64,000 nucleotides of DNA from Carpediemonas membranifera BICM (lineage: Eukaryota > Protista > Fornicata), in assembly GCA_019828565.1 (NCBI GenBank), contig JAHDYR010000028.1, positions 1 to 64,000 of the forward strand, read 5' to 3'. Position numbers and translations under genes: made by a program. Positions 10,191-20,836 of this stretch are shown here, piece after piece; position 1 is the stretch's first letter; each line of letters starts with the position of its first letter. Under the pieces are notes generated by a model. That model was not told the DNA's origin and ran no database searches. It was given only the letters and a program-made list of their open reading frames with translations.

Positions 10191-13043
10191 CGTCCTCGGC
10201 ACCATAGCCATCCCAGCGGATGAGGAACTCGAAGGAGGTCTTGTTGGGGCCGCCACGGTGGGCCAGGATCTCTTGTACAAGGTAGGAGTCCTCGTCCATG
10301 GCGACGAGCTCGATGTCAGTGAGGAGGCTATTGGAGACGAAGCGGCGGAGGCGTGTGGCGTGATAGGTCTGGGTGCGACGAGTCGCAGGATTGATAACCT
10401 CGTAAATGTCGTTCGAGCGGGAGGTTATGGTGTAGGGGCCCATGAGCTTGGGGGTCAACTTGCTGTCGGGACGCGTCGGGTAGGTTACTGACCTGGTCGC
10501 CGATGGCAAAGACGTCCGAGGTTGAAGGGCCGGGGTTGAAGGTCTGATCCTGGTTAAGGCGGGCTGCTTGAACGAGGATCTCCTGGATTTGGACGATGTC
10601 TGGGTGCTCTCCCTCTCCCTGTGACACTACGTCGATGATGCTGCGGTCGAGGTTGACGGCGGTGCCGAAGACGAGGGCAGCGGGTGACATGCCAATGCTA
10701 GAGTTGGTGGTAGCGTTAAGAAGGCGTTGGACCATGGGCAGGTACAGAGACCACTTGGAGGAGAGTCTGAGTTCAGAGGTCAGGGCGACGAGATGACGGT
10801 TCACCTCGCGGTTGACCCTCTCGACTAGGCCGTTCGCGCGGTGGTGGTAGGGCAGCGTGACGGTGTGGGCCACGTGCAGGGAGGCCAAGATCTCCTTGAA
10901 GAGCTTGGCAGTGAACTGGGAGCCGCCATCAGTGCGGACGGTCTGAGGGAATCCGTAGTGGCCGGCGAACTGGATGAATGCGCGGCAGGCAGACTCGGAG
11001 GAAGTTAAAGGGACAGCGACTAGCTCTGTAAAGCGTGAGAAGTTGTCAACCGTGACGATGATAAACTTGTTACCAAAGTCATCCTCCGGGAAGGGACCCA
11101 TAGTGTCCAGTTGAAATGTCCGGTATGGGAAGTTGACGAAACCAACCGGAAAAAGGCCAAAAGCTGGCAATCGGGATTTATCGGATCTCATTGAAAGCTA
11201 TTCGAGCTCGAAGCGAGCGACGGTGCCCCGCGGCGCCAGCATCCACCAAATGGTAATTTCAGGACCAAGAGTTCGTCTGCTCTGGGGCACGAGAGCAGAA
11301 ATGGGAAGTATTCTCCTAACCCACTAGCCATAGGGCACATTGGGGAAGCAAATTGCTCCCCGGAGGAGATCGCCCGTTGCGAAGCAGGTTAGCGCCAGAG
11401 CGGGCCGGCAGAGGACAACTGGCTGCTCCAGGTGAGGTGCGCACCACCTCACCTGGAACCCACTCCCCTGCCCTGTATACCTCGCCGTGCGCCAAGCTAT
11501 GTCGAGCAACAGATGATCGTCCTCGTGTGCCCAAAAATGCACAGAGGCAAAAACCACCCAAAAGGGAATAAGTTAGCCTCGGTAGGAAAGCGTTGACAGA
11601 ATACACAGTACTCTAACAACAAACAAAACCTACCGCCCATGCTCCTGGGACCCACAAGGGGACCAGACGCAACTAAACGCTCCTCGTACAAACCCACAAG
11701 GGAAATCAACGCGAACAAGCGTACTGCGCCACCTTTATGATTGAAACCCCTACCGTAACCGGTACCCGCAGTAGGCCCCAGAGGCACTGCGACACGATTG
11801 CCTCAGACAACTTAACTGGGGCCATATGGCAAAAGTAACCCGAGAGCACCGGGACCGGCGGCCAATAGGCTCTCACTGGGAGGCCACTGGGCCACACTAC
11901 TCCGGCGCCCGTGCTCTCATGCCGCCCAAGACCGGGCTTGTGGACGTCATCGCCACGAGAGCCGGGATCGCCGCCCGCCGCCGGCATAGGCAACAGGGCC
12001 ACCACAACAGGCCCCCAGTACACCAGCCATACCGGACAACAGACCGGGAGCGCTGAGGGCCCCGTCCACAGCCCCACAAGAAACGCCCAGCCGAAGCCAA
12101 AAGGCATAAACCATCACGGTGTTTACCAGGACTCACAACCTCTTGGGAGTGACGCGACCCAGGAAGGAAACAACCGGGCTGCGACCACAAGATTCAGGAC
12201 GAGGGGCGTGAATGGCAACCAGCTGGTGCAGCCGGGCGTCTATGCGAGCACGAAGGCGCTTATAGACCCGCATTTGGCCCCTCAGCTCAGCGTCGAAACC
12301 CCGAGCCGACTTAGACTCGTGGGGACTCAGGTCCTCGTCACGGTAATTCTGAGCCAGGTAGGAAAAGGCAGCGGCACGCTCCCGCCACCGGCTGGCCAGG
12401 ACGTCCACCTGGGCAAAATCGTCAGCTATGGTCCGCAGGAAATGCGCCTCCCAACCCCGAGGAGTCGCCGGGCCAGGAGTCGGGGACTCCCGAGAAGGAG
12501 CGGTGAAGCCCCTGCCGCCACAAGGCAAGGGACTACCCTGGGGCCCGGAGGGGAATATGGGATCCCCCGTCGGAGTGCGAAGAGGGCCCTGCTTCCCGGG
12601 AAAGAGGCGGCGCCCCCGAAATCGGAGTCCAGGCCGTACTCGGGCCAAGGACTCGATAGGGATCGGAGTGCATAACCCCTGGTAATGCACCTCCCCCTCT
12701 GGGGACCGCTGGGCAGCGGAGGCGCCGGCCGAATGGCCAGGAGGAGGCGTGAAGGTGGAAGGAGAGATGGAACGGACGCATGGGGAATAAGGGACAGCAG
12801 CCCCGTGTGGGGCGATGCTCCCTGTCCCTGCAATAAGGTTCCCTTTTGGGTTTTCGCCAGACATGTTTTGTGTGGAAACAAGGTCCGCAACAAACCTCGC
12901 ATACCTCGCCCCTGAACCATCCGCCCTGAGGAAGGGAAAGGAGCCATACAAGACCAGGACATCGCTGGCTGGCGCCCCTTGGAACCTCCACCAAACCTCC
13001 TCAAGCCCCTCCGAGAAGCTGGCAAAAGTGCACTTCCCGCCTT

Positions 13044-16000
13044 TTGCCACTCCAAATGGAAACAGGGGAATATCCCAACAGGGACATGCCAGATAGGGAA
13101 GAAAGCATGATTTATGGCTTATTCGCCCTTAAGGCTGCACCCAGAAGGGATCTCAGGAAAACCAGAAGGGAAAAAGCAAATACGTCCATTATCCAGCTCG
13201 GCAACGCGATAGGATACGACAAGATTGTAGACCCAGAACAGGGAAGCTTTACAGCAAAGGAAGGCCCAGGGGAGCTCCGGAAAAGCCGGGCCAAGAAGCT
13301 GTTTGCATCACTTCCCCTCCTGAGACGGTACACAAAAAGCCGCCCAACAGCCATACTGGCTATTCATTGAAGGGAACCGGCTGGACCTAGAGCAGGCGGA
13401 GACACTAAGCCGGCTTCGCCCAGGGTCCCCCAAATTTGTGTTCTACCCCAGAGTCCAGGCGGACTACTCCAAGTACGTAGCACATCCCCACCGGACGAGC
13501 CAGACGGCACCAGCTAGTGAGCAACACACCCCATCACTTCTCCCCGTGGAGGAGGGCCTTGATCTCGGCCGAATCCATAACCGGGACTTTTTCGAGACCA
13601 CGCCACACAATGACCTCGAACAGCTCCCAAAGCGTCCCAGACGCCTTGGATTGCGCAAACACCACCCCAAATGGGATCAAGGAGTCGTTAACGCCACTGG
13701 GCAAGCAACTGGCCACACCGGACGAATGGGACTGCATCAGAGCCTCAGCAGATGCGGCTATTCCCACAAGGGACGTTGCCATGGTCTTCACCAGAGATGA
13801 CGCAACGGACTTCACTGCCCGAACGGGAAAGGTCGCAAGGACGCTCCTCCTAGAGCTCGTGGCAACATCGCTGCAAGCTGCAGGACATTCTTCGATCTCA
13901 GGCAACGGCATCCAGACCAAGTACGGGATGGAGGCTGCAATGTGGCTCCTCCATGCCGCCGGACACGCCATCTCCGCGGGAGCTGCAGCCAGAGGGCTCC
14001 CCCTCACTAGGACGCGAAAACAAGAAGCTCTGGGCCGACCTAGGCCGGGGAACTAGCCAAAGGGCAAGGCTACCACGCCCCTCACCCCCCGGAGGGCGAG
14101 GTTTCCGCAGACCAGACGGCACGCCCATCCAGATCTGGACCCAGGGCCCCGTCGAGGAGATCCTCATCTACAGCAGAACCGAGGGTGTGATGAGGCCAGT
14201 CTTCCCACCCCCACCCCTGGAAGAAGAGCCTTCGGCAGCAGAGGCAGACCTGAGGGAGGAGGTCAGAGACCTCATCCAACGGTGGTCAGTCCCCGGCTTC
14301 CCCGAACTCTGGTCGGCATGGGATAAGACCAGGCGTCTCTGGCCCCCACCCGCGAGGATTGCCCGCGAACTGGTGTCTGCCTCCTTTCTGACGCGCAACA
14401 TCACTAACTACTGGCTCACAACGGGGCAGACCCAAGTTATAGAGCCCGTACGGGACGGGGCATCTCATGGAGCCCTGGGTACTAACGAAGAAGAAACCCC
14501 CTGGGCCCGAGCGGCAGCAGGACTTCCGGCCCTGATGACACACCCACCACGCCAAACAAGGGCACATGCGGGCCCAGCATGGGAGCTAGCCCGCCTCGTT
14601 CCAATATCACCCAACGAGCCAACACCACCAGGCAGTTGATCGCTATGGTGGACTTTGAGGAAGGAAGAGCCAGATCCAACCAAGGAGACGAGGCCATCAT
14701 TTGCGAAGGGGCGGCACTGATTTTCGACCCAGCTAACGAGCAAATCCTCTACTACATGCACGGGATGCTTGGGGAAGACATCACAGTGGATGCCCTGGAC
14801 CAATGTCTGTGGGCCACGCACTACATCCATGGCTGCCCACCAGCTACGTTTGTCGACGTCACCACGGGCAAAGCCCCCAAGGGATACGAAGCAGACTTCC
14901 CCCACGCCAAGCGATGGTGCACCGAGATGGCTACAGAGCTGAAGAGACTGGAAGACGACTCGGGGCCACAGAAGACCCACGTCCACATCGTGGCTAAGGG
15001 AGTCGAGGCTGAGAGAAGCATCCTGACCAGTGAGAAGTTCGTCCCAGACGGGAACCTCCGCACCTGGCTAAGCTTACGCCTCATGGATGAAACTGACCTC
15101 AACACGATCTTCCCCAACATCCTCGACACGCTGACCTGGTTCTACCCCAATAGTGGGGAGAAGAGCCTCACCGGCCTCCCCTCCCGACCCCAGTCCGAAC
15201 TGGGCCGGACCTGGACCAGAAGGTACCAACAGCGCCCGGAGGCAAAATTGGTGTGCCCCTATCACAAGCACGCACCCCACCACTGCCACTGCGCCCTAGC
15301 AGATGTCTCCATATTCTACGCCAGACTAGCAACAGCGTTCTGGATGAGAGACAACCCAGGCTGGGACTGGGGGCAGGTAGAAGCCCACCTCACAGCCCTA
15401 GGAAGCATGCTCATGGGCAGGGGAGTCGCCGTACCATGATGAATACAAGGACCTGGCGACCAAAGTCAACGCCAGACACGGCCTCGGCACCGTGGCGGCC
15501 GGTCGCCTAACCCCATTGTCCCAACAAGTCAACCTCTTTGGCACCAAGAACCCCAAACGGGGCCAGATTATCATGACCAACTGGGAGGAAAACGATTTCA
15601 GCTCCGGAAAGGGTATCACCAGAGCCCTGGAAGGAACAGCCGTGATCATCGGAAACCCAGAATCGCTCGCGAGAGTAGGCGAACCAGCGCGACCCATCCT
15701 CCTGGAAATCCACTCGGAGTGGAACGGGCGCCGCCACGACGGTTTCCCTTGGGCGAACCTGAGGGGGGAGCCCACGGAAATAGACGCGGAAAAGATGCTT
15801 ACTCTAGACGTCAGCGACACCAAAACGATGACCCTATCCCAAGCGGCGTCTTTGATGCCCGTCCACAAATTCGACATAGCTGGAGGCCACATGGGCAGAG
15901 AAGCCAGGAAGAAGATCTTCAACTACTTCACGGAGGTCCCAGCCGACGATCGAGAACTCCTGGCCAACATGTGTGTCGACCCGGAGACAGGCTCCATCAA

Positions 16001-16889
16001 CTTCCTCCCCTCGTTCCTCCCCCGGGACTGGGGTATCATGGATGAACCAGCAGAAAGAGGGAAGAGGCGAGTGGGCACCTTGAGGAGCGCCTCCTGGATA
16101 GGCAAACTCGCCCTGGCGGGCTCAGGCGTGGAACACCCAAAAGGGGGGAAGCCATGGGACACGCTGAACTGTGTTTTCCCGGAAGGCGCCAGCACTAACG
16201 CCAAGAACAGACTGAGGACCGAGAGGAAGCAGGCGCTTCGAACAAAGGTGAGACGAAGGGCTACTGAACTCGCCAAGATGCTCCACAGGAGGACGGAGGT
16301 CTACCTGCCGAATGGCGGCATAGGGGGCCTATATGGCCCTCCACGCGGGCAAATTGTCACTGAACAACCGCAAAGTAGCAGGACAGAGTGAACAGAGCCC
16401 GGGCCCCCTCCAACTAAGAGCTATGCCCCCCCATACCCCCCAACCCATCAGCCAAGACCCGCCAGGTCAGACAGGTGGACCAAGAGGACCTGCAGCCCAA
16501 AAAGAGCACGACAGGAGGACACCGACCTGGGCAGAGGCATAGCGGCCCTGCTGGACCAAGCCATGGCCCGGCGAGAAGCAGAGGTCAGACAACAGCTGGA
16601 AGAAGCTGCAGCCAGAACCATCAACGAGCTCAAGGCCAAAAGCCAGGAGCTGGAGGAAGAACGGGAAGCCCGGAGAGCAGCCCAAGCTGCGTTGGACGAG
16701 ATGCGGAAGGACCTCAGGAAGACAACGGAGAAGTGCTCGTCTCTAACCGAAGAGAACGAGGACTTACTCAGCCGCGCGGCCCGACTCTCGGCAACCAACG
16801 AAGCCCTCAGCTTCACCCTAGCAGCCAAGATGGATAACTTCAGGTCTGACCTGAGAAGGAAGAGAGGCGAGGAGAAGGAAGGAGAGTAG
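13044..16889 (+). pseudogene. LINE-A ORF1 region: frameshifted chain of ORFs, may begin further upstream; contains a Maelstrom-like nuclease domain, a PRDWG motif and a C-terminal coiled coil
   Basis: Successive overlapping + ORFs (13044, 13517, 13953, 14579, 15492, 16563). From 14579 on they match the long ORF1 of LINE-B and the 60359-61663 ORF of LINE-C (LSQAASL.P.HK.D, LP.DWGI). Confidence 0.7.
14630..15330 (+). CDS. Maelstrom/arenavirus-NP-like DEDDh exonuclease domain with ECHC zinc motif in LINE-A ORF1
   Basis: MVDFE, ICEG, IHGCPP, AKGVEAE, CPYH, HCALAD. Confidence 0.75.
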
Positions 16890-17048
16890 AAACAATCATA
16901 AGTAAGAGGTGCAGAGGGTAGTGTGATATAAGTCTGAGCTAAAAGTGTATATATGAACCAGCATGTATGGCCAGGCTGTGACTAGTAGGGCCTTAAAGTC
17001 CAAATGGACACCGGCGAACCATTCCGGCGGGAGCAAAAATGCAACACA

Positions 17049-17300
17049 TTCTTTTTCAACAAACCCCTGTGCCCCACAGGGGCCGGGGGCAGGGTTACCA
17101 AAAGGTAAAAAGAGCCCTGCCTGTCCGGCAGGCTGTAACTCCAGCCTTGGGAGGGGCAACAACCACTGTCGCTCCCACCTAAGCTCGTTAGGTAATGGTC
17201 CTGCCATGCGGCGAGGAAGGAAGCTAAGCGGAGACCGGCAGCAATGCCGACAAGCATCGTGAGGCCCCGACTGTGAAAGGGAATGGTATGCCCTAGGCCG
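17049..17300 (+). ncRNA. Conserved structured RNA element between ORF1 and ORF2 (candidate IRES or ribozyme)
   Basis: 38/39-nt identity with 61899-61937; covarying stems across three subfamilies; GNRA-capped hairpins. Confidence 0.55.
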
Positions 17301-17461
17301 GGAACTAAGGGAATACAGGCACAAGCCTGCCCAAAAGGAAACGACTGCTCGGTTAGAGGCCTCAGCAACCCACCAAAAGGTACGCCCAAAAAGGGAATGT
17401 CTACAAAGAGCAGATTAGTGCGCGCAGGGTAACTCCCGCAGTTTATGTCAGAACAACCTGA

Positions 17462-20400
17462 ATGAGAATAATATCGCTAAACAGCGAAGGGCACCTAGCG
17501 GGCGCAAACGATTACAGCGGATCCATAGCTTTATCCATCCGCAAGAGGATAAGGACTGATGCGATCCTCCTCCAGGAAACCAAGCGGTACGGTAATACCA
17601 CCATCCCTTGCTGGGTAGATCTCCAGTACGCCTGTGCAGGAGAGGTCAAGCCATTAGAGGCAACGCGCAAGCGACCCACAAAGGGACTGGCCACACTGAT
17701 TAGCCCGCACTCCAAAGCGGAATGGGACGTAGGCGTGTCCGACGGGACGAACCCACGAATCCAAGTAAGCATCCTCAAAGCATCGAGGGCCACGGCAGTC
17801 ATCAATATCTACGCTCCCGATAGTGGATGTGCACGACCCGAGATTGAGGAGTTCGACCGGATGCTAGAGCAAACCGTCGCGAACTATGAGGGGTGTGACA
17901 TCATCATCATCGGGGACTGGAACAGGAGGCCAGGGAAACTCAGGCAAGCAACTGCGATGACCCTCCAGCGATGGAACCTCACCCCAATAGCACCAACTGC
18001 ACCGACGTACGGGACTAACTCCCGAACGTCCACAATAGACTTATGCAGCGGTAACAGGGGGTATCCAAAACCCGGTTGTTAGGGTAATAGACAAGACCAC
18101 AATCGGGCACTGGGGGTCGGCACACAAAGCCACAGAGCTCACCTGGGATAGCAACCCGACAGGGAAACCAGAGATATCAAAGAGACTGGAAATCCCACGG
18201 ATCGGTACGTGGCTGGTCAAACCCAGGAGAACAGGGCCCAAGCTAGAAGAGTGGCCACCACTAGACAGCAAAATACCAGTGGACGAGATGGAGACTCTCA
18301 TAAGGAAATGGTTGTCCACCGGGTTTGCTACCTCCAGAAGGCACCCATTCGCTGTAGAAAACCAGGAACGTATCCCTAGTGAGGTATGGGAACGGCTGGC
18401 CAAAGCCTCCACCTGGAGCAAAACCGCCGCCAAAGATATCAAAAAGTCCCTCAACGGAGCACTGAGCAGATCATGGAGGACCTTCCAACATGACTGGAAT
18501 GAGCAGGTTGAGGTTGGATCCCGTGATGGGTACAAAACGACAAAAAGGATCCTCGCAAACCAAGTGTTCCGCTTCTGGAACGAGAAGCAGCACGCCGGTC
18601 TCCCGGTGATGCTGAAGGCTGGAAACAAGATTCTAGCAAGGCAGAGGGAGATTGCAGACTCCCTCCAGGAACAGTACGCGAAGGTAAGCTCCGGGAAGGA
18701 ACCCACCTGGGAACCCACCTGGGAAACCGAGCCGGAAACGGACATGGAGGACCATCCGCCATCGCTTGAAGAAGTGACAGCGGCGGTCAAGTCCATAAGG
18801 AAGTCCTCGGCCGGAGGCCCTGGACGGGATTATTGGAGATTGTCTGAGGGACCTCCCCGAGTCAGCGTACGAGGCAATCACAGTCCTGCTCGCGAAAGTA
18901 TACGACAGCGGGACCATGCCAACCACATGGAAGTATGCAGCGGTGTCGCCTATCCACAAGGTTGGGAAGGACAAGCTCACGCCCAGCTCGTACAGACCGA
19001 TCCCCCTCACCCCCCTCCTATACAGAGCCTACGGGAGGATACTGAAATGGCGCCTCAGGCCGACGGTGGAGAAGTTCATCCCCAGAGAGCAAGTTGGGTT
19101 CATGAAAGGGAAAACTGTAGTGGATCACATAGCCCTCCTAGCCCAACTCCACCAGTCCGGAAACCGTACCAGCGTCCTACTTGACATAGCAAAAGCATAT
19201 GATACGGTCCCAAGGGACCTGCTGGTGAACAAGTTGACGCTCATGGGGGTACACCCAAGACTGACGAGGGCCATCCGAAATACACTTACAGAAACGTACA
19301 TCTCGGTACGAGGGGCAAGCACATGGTCCAGAACAAACATGGGGGTCAAGCAAGGATGTGTGGTGGCCCCCACTCTGTTCATTCTCTTCACAGCTAACTG
19401 GCTAAGCCAGGCGGCACTGTACCTCCGGCATAGAGAGATCCCGGACCCCTGCCTCCCTCCAACGGACGATAGGCCCAAAAACTGCCTCATTGCAATGTTT
19501 GTAGATGATACAAGCATCTCAGCCGAGACCCCACAGCTCGCCGAAGAAGGCACAGACGCAGTGGTCAGGGGTAATTGAAGCCCATGGACTCCAGACCAGC
19601 CCAGGCAAAAGTGTGGTGATAAGTACCGACGTAACTGCAGCGGTCAGCATCCAAGGAACTCCCACACTGGCGTCAGACTCAGCAAGGTATCTGGGACTCT
19701 GGCTAGCCAGCGGGAAGAATCCGTTGGCAGCATGCATCAAAAATGAAGACGTCACAATCCCGGAAATACCTAGCCCTGGCAGGAGAGCAGGGTGGACCAA
19801 AGGATCCACCCCGGCCGCCACCTCGGAATCCATCCTCAGAACCTTCCTCTGGCCCAAGATCGAGTTCGGGATCGAGATCTGGGGCCAAGCGCTCAGGGGA
19901 AGAGCCATCTGGAACAACTGGCGCGGCCTAATGGCAGGCACAGGACCAGGGGGAGGAGGAGCCGCCCGTGTACTAATGGGATGGATGTGCTGGGAGGCAG
20001 ATATGGGGCAGAGAGCGGTGAGGCTCTATGAGTCTGCGCACGACCCGGACCGTCCGACCCCCTAGGGAATCTGGACTGGGCGACAGCGGAGAGAGGATCG
20101 GTCTTACATCGCCTCTACCAATGGCGACGGAGCGTCCTCCAGGGCACACAGGAGGAGATGCCCGCCAGGGAAAGAGCAAAGAGGGGAGGCTGGACCCTCA
20201 CAGCAGAAGAACTACTGCACACCGGGGAGCCGAACGGCCAAAGGGGTGGCAACAGTACTAGCCCCGGAAGTCATCCTCAGCATGCAGCAAGGGAAGAGAC
20301 CCAAGAAACCAGGAATGATCAAGGGTGAGATGATAACCAGACGGGAAGTCAAGAGAGTAATCATGACTGCATCCAACACACTCCCCTCCCCCAGCAACAG

Positions 20401-20836
20401 TGGCAGAAGCAGAGCCATACTTGGGAGCGCGATCGGCCAGCCCCAGGCCCTCCTGAGCAGGATCAAGCGGTGTTGCCCCCTATGTACCCTGGACTCAGAA
20501 GGTGACACCATTACTCGCCTGTACACTGTCACCAGAACCGCGGCGGAAACCACCAAAATCCTCTCAGAATGGGCATACAACCAGCCCCTGGGAACACAAA
20601 GCCACATCATCTGCCAATGCAAGGCGGTAGAACGCCCAGAAGGATGGAATGACATCCTGGCGGAGGCGCATCTACGCACACAGTACCACGCCCTAAGGCA
20701 AGGGCAGGAGGCGGAGTGGTACAACTCAAGGGCAATCCTGGAAATGCTCTGGCTCCTCCGCAGCGAGGACCATACCGTCAGAGAGGGACTGCAGAACGGC
20801 AGACGTGCCCTTCTGAACCTCCGGAAAGACGGGTAA
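17462..20836 (+). pseudogene. LINE-A ORF2: APE endonuclease, RT, C-terminal CCHC; several frameshifts
   Basis: SLN, LQET, NIYAP, GDWN, WGSAH; YRPI, LDIAKAYD, GVKQG, FVDD, RYLG; CPLC...HIICQC. Confidence 0.92.

Noticed and set aside
11092-11107. CCATAG shared by two LINE TSDs as a target consensus
   Set aside because: It lies in opposite orientation relative to the two elements and is absent from the third TSD.
12133-13050. 305-aa minus-strand ORF in the LINE-A 5' region
   Set aside because: No motifs, GC-rich low-information translation, and no second copy here to test conservation.
17190-17245. Group I intron P7-like GAGAC motif, or HDV/hammerhead ribozyme, in the spacer
   Set aside because: The required partner strands and catalytic cores could not be placed consistently in all three subfamilies.
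17447-17465. uORF with AUGA stop-start overlap at LINE-A ORF2
   Set aside because: Not conserved in LINE-B or LINE-C.
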